From contig CBDVDR010000018.1 of assembly GCA_965372795.1 (NCBI GenBank), positions 1-64,000 of the forward strand: 64,000 nt of DNA, given 5' to 3'. Made by a program: the position numbers and the translations under genes. Origin of the DNA: an uncultured bacterium (GTDB taxonomy: Bacteria > Zixibacteria > MSB-5A5 > GN15 > FEB-12). The notes under the pieces were generated by a model, which saw nothing but the letters and a program-made list of their open reading frames with translations, searched no databases and was not told the origin of the DNA. Below, in pieces: positions 30,356-40,140 of this stretch (within the stretch, counting starts at the first letter, position 1; each line of letters begins with the position of its first letter).

Positions 30356-33115
30356 TCACTTACATAAATGACATTCAACAGGAGGCTGAGAACCCGGAAC
30401 AAATAGATAATCGACAAAGTATGTTAAATCGGAAATGCCAAGCTCACAATCGCCGTTGTTGTCAAACTCTGCAAAACAATCCGGTCCCGGTGATCCGGGA
30501 ATAAACATGTAGTCAACAAAGAAGGTCAGATCAGAAATTCCAACTTCATCATCATTGTTAGCATCACCCGGAAAATTACAACATGAACCATCAGCTGCCG
30601 GAACGATATTAACTACCATCCAATTTAAAGCATCTTGTAATATAGCACTAAGACTTAGACTAAGGGCACTCTTGCTAATATCTTTTGTACTGGTAAGGAT
30701 AGTATAATAATTTAAAGTATCAGTAGCAGTAATCGTTGCAGCGTTATCGAACGTGATAAATGTAAACTTATCTTCTAAAGTTGGAGTGTTGTGCGGAATC
30801 GGGTCTTGCATTAATGTGTAAATTTCACTTGCAACTAAATCAGAATTTGGATAAAGATAAGTTTGCATACTTTCATTGAAATAATTAAAAGCTGAAACTG
30901 TAGTATCTATTTCGTTTCCATTAACGCTCATACCTAACATCGCTGTCATTCCGGCTCGTAAGGTATTATCCTGGCAACCCCAACCATATCCTGTAATATA
31001 TGTATATTCGTCAGTCATGTTTATGTTTCCGTAATTATCAGCAGCACTTATGGTCGGTATATCCCAGTCAACAAACTGACCGATGGCAACATTGGTGTGA
31101 GTAAGACCGTTACCTGAAAATATCATCGTACGTTGAATGACATATTCACAAGATGTTGTTCCGCCTTTTGGTGCATAAAATATATTTTCCATTCTGATAT
31201 TATGATCAGGAGTCCACATCGTAGCTGACCGATAAACTTCAAAATTACCTGAATCTATTGTGGGTACGGGCGGGTTGTCGTTAACAGCAAAATCTAAATG
31301 GTTTTGCCAAAATAAATCATAATAGGCAACAGTATCAATACCATCAATATATGAAATTAATGGACAACCATCATATAAATATACATCTTCGCAATCTCCA
31401 CCTTGGGAAAAGTCCATATGTTCAAATTTGCCGTATCCGCCAGCCCCAAAGCGACCGGTACTTTTAACAGTTAATCCAGTACAGTTAGTATATACAGTAT
31501 CAAGTTCGCAAACATCTCCAATTCCATTTGCGTTAGCATCCAACTGATCATCATTATAAATTGTAGGACAATTATCGTTAACATCGTCTATACCATCACC
31601 GTCGTGATCAGTCACAGGTTCAAAGGGATTGTGAACGTAAAGATATAATCGTTCCCCTATAATTGAATCGACTCTGACAATAATTCCAGTCGGGTCAAAA
31701 TATCCATCTGATGAAGGATATGAAGTGGGACTGAATTCATTTTGTCCAGACACATCATCAGAAAAGGCGGCTCCTTTTCTGGTTTCATAAGGATACCACC
31801 ATTGAGCTGAATCAGATAATTCACCAAATGGAGGATTCGTATACCATGGTAATGCCGGATTATAGCCGGCATCTTCAACTTTTACTTTATAATGTGTAAA
31901 ATCAGGAGTTCCATTATTACCCCAACTACCAACTGAATCATAAATATGAGTAATAATTAATCCTCTATCTAAGGAGTCAGCTCCGTACGATAAATCAGGG
32001 AAGAAATATGAGGAAAAGTCAGAGTCAAATTTATCGTACTGTGCTGTTGATTGAGGGTTCCTATACTCTAAAAGAAAATATTCACCTTTTGCTTCGTTAA
32101 TTGGTAATTTATATAATGAACTATCAGTAGTAGTTTCAATATTATATAGTACTAAATCATTAAAAGTACCTATTAGATCCAGAGGTGTGATCCATCCTAA
32201 ATCTTGTTTGATCCAACCGCATGGGTGAGAGGGCAACTGGGCGTTATGTCCACCGAGCGATAAGATTCCATAGCCGCCATATCCCATCAGACACCAGTCA
32301 ACTAATGGGTGATCATTATTATCATCAGGAGTGTCATAAGTAGATGTCTCTAATTTGTCATCATAATCATACAGATCGGGGGCACCCAAATTATGATTTA
32401 GTTCATGGCAAAAAACTCTGATTCCATTTAAGGTGTCAGGTCCAAACGCTAATGGGAAAATTGGGTTTCTGGTTGGATAAAGTTCGGGAGAGGTGTTCCA
32501 GCGGGGGATTCGAACTCCGTCAAAAGGACCGGGACCAGAACCTAATGGATAAATAAATGCATAAGACCAAATATCAGCAGGATCATGTGAGAATTCTTTT
32601 CCGGTACCAGATCTTACAAATACAACCGCATCGACGTTTCCGTCATTATCTCCATCGTATTGAGAAAAGTCAATAGTTGCATCCAAGTCCGGCAGGATAC
32701 TTTCAAAATCAAATCCGGTTGTAAATGATCCAGCATCGTACCAGGGGGTAACATCTCCGGCTATATTAATATTTCCATAAGAGACTTCATAAAAATAATC
32801 TGCAATAGAGCCACCAGGATATACATTTCGAGAGAAAAACATGCTGTCAAATGTTTCGCGTGAGTATGTTCCCGGTCGATCAGACCATTCAATAAGGATG
32901 GCCAATATTTTTAGAGTATCTCCTGTGAATTGATATGCCGCGATTGATGCTGAATCTTCAGCTGTTAGTTGTGAAACAGGGATATGACCGTATTTTTCAA
33001 GAATTTCACTTTCAGGTATATCTAAATAAATTCCTTTGGAAAAATCAGTTGCAATTAGCAAAGGAGAAAACAGTAATACTGAAATAAAAGTAATAATTAT
33101 TTTATTGAAATACAT
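30356..33115 (-). CDS. Secreted M6-family (immune inhibitor A-like) metalloprotease with TSP3-like repeat and dockerin-like tail
   Basis: DFSQYDGDNDGNVD, FCHELNHNLGAPDLYD, WCLMGYG, EYFLLEYR, DHDGDGIDDVNDNCP; signal peptide. Confidence 0.92.
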   Translation of the reverse strand: MYFNKIIITFISVLLFSPLLIATDFSKGIYLDIPESEILEKYGHIPVSQLTAEDSASIAAYQFTGDTLKILAILIEWSDRPGTYSRETFDSMFFSRNVYPGGSIADYFYEVSYGNINIAGDVTPWYDAGSFTTGFDFESILPDLDATIDFSQYDGDNDGNVDAVVFVRSGTGKEFSHDPADIWSYAFIYPLGSGPGPFDGVRIPRWNTSPELYPTRNPIFPLAFGPDTLNGIRVFCHELNHNLGAPDLYDYDDKLETSTYDTPDDNNDHPLVDWCLMGYGGYGILSLGGHNAQLPSHPCGWIKQDLGWITPLDLIGTFNDLVLYNIETTTDSSLYKLPINEAKGEYFLLEYRNPQSTAQYDKFDSDFSSYFFPDLSYGADSLDRGLIITHIYDSVGSWGNNGTPDFTHYKVKVEDAGYNPALPWYTNPPFGELSDSAQWWYPYETRKGAAFSDDVSGQNEFSPTSYPSSDGYFDPTGIIVRVDSIIGERLYLYVHNPFEPVTDHDGDGIDDVNDNCPTIYNDDQLDANANGIGDVCELDTVYTNCTGLTVKSTGRFGAGGYGKFEHMDFSQGGDCEDVYLYDGCPLISYIDGIDTVAYYDLFWQNHLDFAVNDNPPVPTIDSGNFEVYRSATMWTPDHNIRMENIFYAPKGGTTSCEYVIQRTMIFSGNGLTHTNVAIGQFVDWDIPTISAADNYGNINMTDEYTYITGYGWGCQDNTLRAGMTAMLGMSVNGNEIDTTVSAFNYFNESMQTYLYPNSDLVASEIYTLMQDPIPHNTPTLEDKFTFITFDNAATITATDTLNYYTILTSTKDISKSALSLSLSAILQDALNWMVVNIVPAADGSCCNFPGDANNDDEVGISDLTFFVDYMFIPGSPGPDCFAEFDNNGDCELGISDLTYFVDYLFVPGSQPPVECHLCK
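30444..30559 (-). repeat. 116-bp exact repeat, copy 1 (dockerin-like coding region)
   Basis: Identical to 33423-33538 by direct comparison. Confidence 0.9.
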
Positions 33116-33254
33116 CAGATACTCCTTATATATAAATTTTAATTTAATTGCACATTGTTCAGGATAGAAAGCTAATCATGAATGTCGAGGTGGAATATCT
33201 TAAACGGAAAGGAACTCTCGACTATGTTAAAAATGTTTTTGATTTCTTTTAAGT

Positions 33255-33283
33255 AAGATATTGTAAACCAGTCTGTATGTCAA
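33255..33283 (-). promoter_or_regulatory. Sigma70-type promoter of the first M6 gene
   Basis: TTGACA-N17-TATCTT on the minus strand. Confidence 0.6.
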
Positions 33284-33334
33284 GTTCTTACGTTAAATCA
33301 TGAATGTCTTTATCTTGTTTTCAGCAATAAGTAA

Positions 33335-36097
33335 TCATTTGCACAGATGGCAGTCAACCGGGGAGACAGCGCCCGGGACAAACAGATAATCGACAAAGAA
33401 AGTCAAATCGGAAATACCGAGTTCACAATCGCCGTTGTTGTCAAACTCTGCAAAACAATCCGGTCCCGGTGATCCGGGAATAAACATGTAGTCAACAAAG
33501 AAGGTCAGATCAGAAATTCCAACTTCATCATCATTGTTTGCATCACCGGATTTATTGCAACATGATTCAGCAAGAAACGGAACTAATGTTGTTACGACCC
33601 AATTTTTAGCATCGTTTAAAGTAGCGGTCAAACTTTCATTAAGGGTGCTCTTGTCTATACCCTTGGTGCTGGTCAATATTGTGTAATAATTTAATGTGTC
33701 ATTAGCTCCAACAGTTGCCGCATTATCAAAAGTGATAAATGAAAACTTGTCTTCCAATTCAGGCGAATTGTGCGGAATTGGATCCTGCATCAAGGAATAT
33801 ATTTCTTGAGCAATCAAATCAGAAGAAGGGTCTACATAAGTCGGCATACTTTCATTAAAATAATTAAATGGCGATATTGTTGTGTCAATACTATTTCCGT
33901 TATTGCTCATGCCTATCATAGTTGTCATGCCGGCTCGTAAAGTATTGTCCTGACATGTAAATCCGTCCCCAGTTAGAAAAACATATTCATCAGTAAGATT
34001 TAGATTGCCGTTATTGTCAAAACCACTCAATGTCGGAATGTTCCAATTGACAAATTGCCCAAGGGCGATATTGTCATGAGTCAAACCGTCACCGGAAAAG
34101 ATCATTGTTCGCTGAATTACATACTCACAAGAAGTAGAAATTCCTTTGGGTGCATAAAAGATATTTACCATTCGGATTTTATTGTCCGGGGTTGAAACTG
34201 TGGCTGATCTGTAAACTTCAAAATCGACAGAATCAATTGTAGAAATAAATGGATTACCGTTTTCAGGAAAGTTTAACGTATTATTCCTGAATAAATCATA
34301 GTAAGCAACCGTATCGATTCCATCGACATATGAAATGACGGGAGAACCATCAAACAGATATAGCTCTTCGCAATCACCATCCTGCGAAAAGTCCATACTT
34401 TCCATTTTGCCATATTCCCCGACACCAAAACGACCGGTACTTTTTACAGTTAACCCAAGGCAATTGGTATAAACGTGATCAAGTTCGCAGACGTCACCAA
34501 TTCCATTTGAGTTCGCATCGAGCTGGTCGGAATTATAGATAGAGGGACAATTGTCAGTTAAGTCGGGGATGCCATCATTATCATCGTCAGGTTGGACGGG
34601 ATTATGAACATACAAATATAGACGTTCACCAACAATAGAGTCAACTCTGACAATAATTCCGGTAGGCTCAAAATATCCATCTGATGAAGGATAAGTTGTA
34701 GGGCTGAATTCATTTTGTCCAACAACATCATCAGAAAAAGCGGCTGCTTTTCGGGTTTCATATGGATACCACCATTGAGCAGAATCAGAAAGGTTGCCTT
34801 CAGGGTTCGAATACATATCCATAGAGGGATTATAGCCGGCATCTTCAACTTTTACTTTATAATGAGAATAAGTAGGAGCACCTTCATTATTCCAACTGCC
34901 AACCGAATCATAAATATGGGTAATGATTAATCCTCTATCTAAGGGCTCAGGACCGTATTTTAAATTCAGAAAGAAATATACAGAAAAGTCTGAGTCAACT
35001 TTATCGTATTGGGCCGTTGATTGAGGATTTCTATATTCTAACAGAAAATATTCACCTCTGGCATAACTAATCGGCAATTTGTATAGAGCGCTATCAGTTG
35101 TAGTTTCAATATTTTTTAAGACCAAATTATTGTAGGTCCCCTGAAGTTCTATGGGGGTAATCCAACCTAAATCTTCTTTTATCCAACCGCATGGGTGAGA
35201 GGGTATTTGTCCGTTATGTCCACTAAGTGATAAAATTCCATAGCCGCCATATCCCATTATACACCAATCGACCAGAGGATGATCATTCTGATCATTAGGA
35301 GTATAATAAGTGGGGGTATGTAATTTATAGTCATAATCATACAAATCTATAGCTCCCAAATTGTGCGTTAGTTCATGACAAAAAACTCTGATGCCGTTTA
35401 GGGTATCCGGTCCGAAGGCTGTTGGGTAAATTGAATCTCTGGTTGGGTATAACTCCGGGGATGTATTCCAGCGAGGGATATAGACACCGTCATAAGGACC
35501 GGGACCAGAGCCTAAGGGATAAACAGCCGCATATGACCAGATATCAGAGGGGTCTTGTGATAATTCTTCACCGGTACCGGATCTTACAAATACAACCGCA
35601 TCAACATTGCCGTCATTATCCCCATCATATTGAGAGAAATCAATCGTAGCATCAAGAGATGGCAGGATACTTTCAAAATCAAAACCGGTTGTAAAAGTCC
35701 CGGCATCATACCAATCAATAACATCACCGACAATATTTATATTTCCATAAGAGACTTCATAGAAATAGTCTGCGATTGAGCCTCCCGGATAAACATTGCG
35801 TGAGAAAAACATACTATCGAATGTTTCGCGAGAATAAATACCCGGACGATCAGTCCAATTAATCAATATAGCTAAAACTTTTAAAGTATCTCCGGTAAAT
35901 TGATACGACGCAATTGCTGCGGAATCTTCAGAGGTTAGTTGTGACACGGGGACTCGTCCGTATCTTTCAATCAATTCACTTTCGGGTATGTCGTAATAAA
36001 TTGCCTTGGAAAAATCAATGGCAGATAACAAGGGACTGGTTAGTACTATTAACAATACGAGAACTATTGATTTACTGAGACGCATAACGACCTCCAT
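33335..36097 (-). CDS. Secreted M6-family metalloprotease, tandem paralog of 30356-33115
   Basis: FCHELTHNLGAIDLYD; same domain order; colinear full-length similarity. The true start may be the ATG of MRLSK (about 36085). Confidence 0.92.
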   Translation of the reverse strand: MEVVMRLSKSIVLVLLIVLTSPLLSAIDFSKAIYYDIPESELIERYGRVPVSQLTSEDSAAIASYQFTGDTLKVLAILINWTDRPGIYSRETFDSMFFSRNVYPGGSIADYFYEVSYGNINIVGDVIDWYDAGTFTTGFDFESILPSLDATIDFSQYDGDNDGNVDAVVFVRSGTGEELSQDPSDIWSYAAVYPLGSGPGPYDGVYIPRWNTSPELYPTRDSIYPTAFGPDTLNGIRVFCHELTHNLGAIDLYDYDYKLHTPTYYTPNDQNDHPLVDWCIMGYGGYGILSLSGHNGQIPSHPCGWIKEDLGWITPIELQGTYNNLVLKNIETTTDSALYKLPISYARGEYFLLEYRNPQSTAQYDKVDSDFSVYFFLNLKYGPEPLDRGLIITHIYDSVGSWNNEGAPTYSHYKVKVEDAGYNPSMDMYSNPEGNLSDSAQWWYPYETRKAAAFSDDVVGQNEFSPTTYPSSDGYFEPTGIIVRVDSIVGERLYLYVHNPVQPDDDNDGIPDLTDNCPSIYNSDQLDANSNGIGDVCELDHVYTNCLGLTVKSTGRFGVGEYGKMESMDFSQDGDCEELYLFDGSPVISYVDGIDTVAYYDLFRNNTLNFPENGNPFISTIDSVDFEVYRSATVSTPDNKIRMVNIFYAPKGISTSCEYVIQRTMIFSGDGLTHDNIALGQFVNWNIPTLSGFDNNGNLNLTDEYVFLTGDGFTCQDNTLRAGMTTMIGMSNNGNSIDTTISPFNYFNESMPTYVDPSSDLIAQEIYSLMQDPIPHNSPELEDKFSFITFDNAATVGANDTLNYYTILTSTKGIDKSTLNESLTATLNDAKNWVVTTLVPFLAESCCNKSGDANNDDEVGISDLTFFVDYMFIPGSPGPDCFAEFDNNGDCELGISDLTFFVDYLFVPGAVSPVDCHLCK
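33423..33538 (-). repeat. 116-bp exact repeat, copy 2
   Basis: Identical to 30444-30559. Confidence 0.9.
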
Positions 36098-36216
36098 TGT
36101 TGCTTAATGTCAATAATATGAAGTGTTTTTCAACACGTATGTTGATGTTTTCAATATCAAGTTAGATTTCTTGATAATGGAATATAGTATTTATGCTAAA
36201 ACATATTGTTAAATTA

Positions 36217-36244
36217 ATAATAACATTAAAGACCTTTTTGTCAA
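36217..36244 (-). promoter_or_regulatory. Sigma70-type promoter of the second M6 gene
   Basis: TTGACA-N16-TATTAT with TGn extension on the minus strand. Confidence 0.5.
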
Positions 36245-36297
36245 GTGATTGTTAGAGGCTGGTTACTTCAGGATTTAATTAGATTTTTTATTTTAGA

Positions 36298-37422
36298 TCA
36301 TTTGCACAGATGGCAGTCAACCGGTGGAGAGCCATGGTTGAACATAAACTCAATAAAGTAAGTAAGATCGGAAATGTCTGATTCACAATTACCATCATTG
36401 TCGAATTCTTCCATGCAAATAGGAGGGAGGTTGCTTTCTCCAAAGATATAATTTACAAAAAAGGTCAAATCGACAATACCAATTTCGCCATCATTGTCAG
36501 CATCCCCGGGAACCTGACAGCATCCTTGTGAAGGAATCATAAGAGTGATTTCATCAATACGGACATTACCCTCATAGTCATCAGTATGTGGTTCGCCAAG
36601 ATATAAAAATTCGGTAGAGTCATCCATCGCGAAAACTTTATCTAAAGGTACCGATGAGGTTTGTTCCATAATAACTTTGTCGCCATCGTACAAACGTAGC
36701 GTAATTGAATTGTTTATCTTCTCAAGTTCAGCGTAGTACCAAGAGTCATATTCGTAAGTAGCAGCAACATGCCAGTTCCAGGTCGACTCGTCCCATGAGG
36801 AACCATCCCAGGTTCTTAAAACATTACCAACCGAAGTGTATTGATGTCCCATATAGACCATATAGATCGGGTGGAATGTTTCAACTCCGCCAGAGCCAAG
36901 ATGATTGTCAATGTCGATAACCATTTTTCGGTGATAGTGCCACCACTGTTCGGCACATTCGTTGGCGATACAGGTGTCGTTGGTGACGGTCAGGAAATAC
37001 ATGCCGTTTTCATAAAAGCCGGAATGGGAATTAAAATCGGAATGATCGTAATCATCCTGTTCATAATTTGTCAGATCGTAATTTATATAACCAATTTTGG
37101 TGCGGAGTTTATATTCAGCCGGCAATATATGGGTGCTTCTGATTAGGGCGGCGTTCCAGAAATCGGGGGCATTAAGCTGAGCATAACCATTTTCAATGAT
37201 GATGGAACCGTTATTTAACAATTGAAAAATCAACCAGTTGTCAGTTCCAAATTTTTCGCCGTCGATTGCTGTGAAGTTGGAATCAAAATTTTCATGGTAG
37301 AGTGTGTCCCAACCGGTGTCATTCATTTGACAAAATGCTGAAGTGGAAACAATGAAGAATAATATTATAAACTTCATTGATTTGCATGCAGAAACCAGGG
37401 GAAATTTCATATTTAAAACCAA
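36298..37422 (-). CDS. Secreted beta-rich protein of unknown function with dockerin-like tail
   Basis: Signal peptide from MKFIILFFIVSTSAFC (start probably 37377); tail CCQVPGDADNDG..VDLTFFVNYIF..C..EFDNDGNC..ISDLTYFIEFMF..CHLCK. Confidence 0.82.
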   Translation of the reverse strand: MVLNMKFPLVSACKSMKFIILFFIVSTSAFCQMNDTGWDTLYHENFDSNFTAIDGEKFGTDNWLIFQLLNNGSIIIENGYAQLNAPDFWNAALIRSTHILPAEYKLRTKIGYINYDLTNYEQDDYDHSDFNSHSGFYENGMYFLTVTNDTCIANECAEQWWHYHRKMVIDIDNHLGSGGVETFHPIYMVYMGHQYTSVGNVLRTWDGSSWDESTWNWHVAATYEYDSWYYAELEKINNSITLRLYDGDKVIMEQTSSVPLDKVFAMDDSTEFLYLGEPHTDDYEGNVRIDEITLMIPSQGCCQVPGDADNDGEIGIVDLTFFVNYIFGESNLPPICMEEFDNDGNCESDISDLTYFIEFMFNHGSPPVDCHLCK

Positions 37423-37537
37423 TATCCATTTGTTTATTCGATACTTGTAATTGTTGTACGTTAAAATTTATGAAATTAGGCAAAACTATACAATACAATT
37501 TTCTATTAAGCATAATGCTGTGGATTAAATTAACAAA

Positions 37538-37621
37538 TGCCGAAGGTCGGAATCGAACCGACACGATGTTGCCATCGGAGGATTTTGAGTCCTCTGCGTC
37601 TACCAATTTCACCACTCCGGC
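37538..37621 (-). tRNA. tRNA-Leu (CAA), CCA not encoded
   Basis: Minus strand: GCCGGAG...CTTCGGCA acceptor, GAGGA-CTCAAAA-TCCTC anticodon arm, long variable arm, GGTTCGATTCC. Confidence 0.95.
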
Positions 37622-37652
37622 ATTAATTATGTTACTAAAAATGTAACGTGTG

Positions 37653-37681
37653 AATCTATCCCTCCAACCCAATTATGTCAA
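37653..37681 (-). promoter_or_regulatory. Sigma70-type promoter of tRNA-Leu(CAA)
   Basis: TTGACA-N17-TAGATT about 30 nt upstream of the tRNA. Confidence 0.7.
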
Positions 37682-37824
37682 GAAATATTGATGTCCATCA
37701 TAAAAAATAACCAAATTGAGTAAGTATGGGAGGTCAACCCCTAATAGTTCCATTACAATAATTATTATAGGTCAGTTAGTGAATAGAAAAAACATCAATT
37801 TAAAGATAAGGCAGGTTCGAATTG

Positions 37825-39969
37825 TTAAAAATGTGTCCGCTCATCCTCACTATCAGCCTGTGAATTATTTTGTCTGGGAATATAAAGACCTTTTGAAGGA
37901 TGGATATGACAAGTTGTTGTCGGTTGGTTATCATCTACAAAGATTTCATTTCTAACTTCGATACAACGATCAGTGGCAATTTCACCCGATTCAAGGCAAA
38001 CATCAATATGAACGATACCATCCGGTTCCTCAAAATCTATTTGAGGGAGAGAATCATGAGCAGCAATCATATACTCAGTCCAAACCGGGACACCGTTTTT
38101 GGCACCATCCTGACCTCGACCTAAAGAAATTTTTCCTTCCTGAAATCCGACCCAAACACCCGAAGTGATTTTTGGAGTATATCCAATAAACCAATTGTCA
38201 CAGAAATTATCAGTAGTTCCTGTTTTGCCACCCGCCGGTCGATCAAAACCCATCCCGCGCGAACGTCTGCCAGTTCCGGCATCAACAACCGATTGCATCA
38301 TGCTGACCATAATATATGCTGTCTGGGCAGATAAAACCTCTTCTTTTTCAATAAAGCTATTATCCTCCAAAACCCTGCCGTACCGATCTACAATCTTTGT
38401 AACAAATCGATAAGGGATATGGATTCCTTTATTTGGAAAAATCGAGTAAGCCGAAACCATTTCAATCAGTTTAACAACTCCTGATCCAACCGCTAAGGAA
38501 GGTACCGGGTCAAGTTGGGTTGTAATTCCCATCCGTCGAGCATAAAAAATTGGTTGTTCCGGATTGACTTTCAAAATCAACCGAACTGCGATAAGGTTGC
38601 GAGACAATCGAAGGGCATCACGAAGAGTTAACGGACCTTTGAATTTATTGTCAAAATTATGCGGTCGATATTGTTTTGACCCGGGGATATCCAGCACTAT
38701 CGGGTTATCATCAAATATATCAGTCGTCCTGAAACCATTATCGATACATGAAGTATATAAAAATGGTTTAAAACATGAACCCGGTTGGAGAAGTGCCTGA
38801 GTAGCCTGATTGAATTTCAATTTCTCAAATGAACGCCCTCCGACCATGGCTATGACGCCGCCATTTTCATTGTCAATTGAAAGAAAGGCACCCTCAATAT
38901 GTTTATATTCCCGAATCGGATTGCCAAGATGATCGGTCGTATCAGGAATGATCTTGGTATAAGTCTTATTATTAATATTATATCTGCGCTTTAACCGAGC
39001 TCTCAAGGAATCGACTTTTTTATAAAGAGCTTTTTCAGCTTCCGCCTGAAGATCAATATCCAGAGTGGTGTAAACTTTCAAGCCGCTGGAGTACAGGACA
39101 TCTTCACCATATTTATTAAGAATATATTTACGAACGGTTTCGGTAAAATAAGGTGCAATTCCAATTTTATTCTGGGGTGGATTTATCTCAAGCGGTTCAT
39201 TTTTAAGAGAGTCGTATTGTTCTCTTGATAAACCACCTACAGAAAAATAAGAATATAAAACTCGGTTTCGGGCTTTTAATGATTTTTCAGGGTTGTTCAA
39301 AGGTGAATTGATATTTGGACCTTTGAGAACTCCAATTAGAATAGCACAGTCATTTAAATTTAATTCAGAAACATTCTTGGAGAAGAAAATATGTGAGGCT
39401 GCCGCAATACCATAGGCGCCCCGGCTGAAATAGTATTGATTAAGATACATCTCAATTATTTCTTCTTTGGAATAAGTTCTTTCCAGCTTAATTGAAGTGA
39501 GAGCTTCTTTAATTTTCCTGTCTAAAGTTTTTTTCCGGGTCAAAAAAAGCATCCGTGAAAGCTGTTGTGTGATCGTGGAAGCGCCACCGGTTATTCGCCA
39601 TTGTAAAAGGTTTTTGAATGCGACAATTCCGATGCGTCTTATATTGATACCCCAGTGGTTGTAAAATTCCTGATCTTCAGAAGCGAGCAAAATCTCGACC
39701 AGATGAGACGGTATGTTTTTATAAGGCGTTAAAATACGATTCTCATTAAAATATTCGGTCAGAAGCAGACCATTGCGATCATAAATTTTTGTTTTCAGGC
39801 TGGGTTCAATATTATGTAATTGCTCAAATGAAGGGAGATCATTCTGGTAGACCTGATTGGTTTTATAGGCGATTACAGATAAAAACAGGACACTAACCGC
39901 AATTAGACCTATTAACGAGTTTCGAAACCGGTTAGAAGTCCTTTTGTATTTTGAGTATGTCAAAGTCAT
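37825..39969 (-). CDS. Class A penicillin-binding protein (PBP1A family)
   Basis: SEDQEF and GASTITQQL (transglycosylase); SCFK, SRN and KTGT (transpeptidase). Confidence 0.95.
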   Translation of the reverse strand: MTLTYSKYKRTSNRFRNSLIGLIAVSVLFLSVIAYKTNQVYQNDLPSFEQLHNIEPSLKTKIYDRNGLLLTEYFNENRILTPYKNIPSHLVEILLASEDQEFYNHWGINIRRIGIVAFKNLLQWRITGGASTITQQLSRMLFLTRKKTLDRKIKEALTSIKLERTYSKEEIIEMYLNQYYFSRGAYGIAAASHIFFSKNVSELNLNDCAILIGVLKGPNINSPLNNPEKSLKARNRVLYSYFSVGGLSREQYDSLKNEPLEINPPQNKIGIAPYFTETVRKYILNKYGEDVLYSSGLKVYTTLDIDLQAEAEKALYKKVDSLRARLKRRYNINNKTYTKIIPDTTDHLGNPIREYKHIEGAFLSIDNENGGVIAMVGGRSFEKLKFNQATQALLQPGSCFKPFLYTSCIDNGFRTTDIFDDNPIVLDIPGSKQYRPHNFDNKFKGPLTLRDALRLSRNLIAVRLILKVNPEQPIFYARRMGITTQLDPVPSLAVGSGVVKLIEMVSAYSIFPNKGIHIPYRFVTKIVDRYGRVLEDNSFIEKEEVLSAQTAYIMVSMMQSVVDAGTGRRSRGMGFDRPAGGKTGTTDNFCDNWFIGYTPKITSGVWVGFQEGKISLGRGQDGAKNGVPVWTEYMIAAHDSLPQIDFEEPDGIVHIDVCLESGEIATDRCIEVRNEIFVDDNQPTTTCHIHPSKGLYIPRQNNSQADSEDERTHF

Positions 39970-40140
39970 AGCCTTATGTAAATTTTTATTAGTTAACAGT
40001 CAAGTTTAATTAGCTCAACCTTAATGTTTGATTTTTAAAACCTTTTTATTATTTTAAAAAAAAGCAATTAATCTTTATGAGGATAATAAACCTCATATTT
40101 TATATGCCGATAAGTATAGAAAGGTTCAATTGAGGGAAAG

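Noticed and set aside
29904..30359. 86-aa and 61-aa ORFs in the repeat cluster
   Set aside because: Non-ATG starts, no RBS, and the sequence is explained by DNA repeats and hairpins.
30356..30375. c-type haem motif in the CHLCK/CHVCPK C-termini
   Set aside because: The order is C-H-x-C, not CxxCH; more likely disulfides or a metal site.
30400..33550. Diversity-generating retroelement template/variable repeat pair
   Set aside because: Both copies are in coding regions, the core is identical, flanking mismatches are mostly synonymous and not adenine-specific, and no reverse transcriptase is in the window.
37319..37672. 117-aa and 89-aa ORFs
   Set aside because: They overlap tRNA-Leu(CAA) and are translations of the tRNA sequence.
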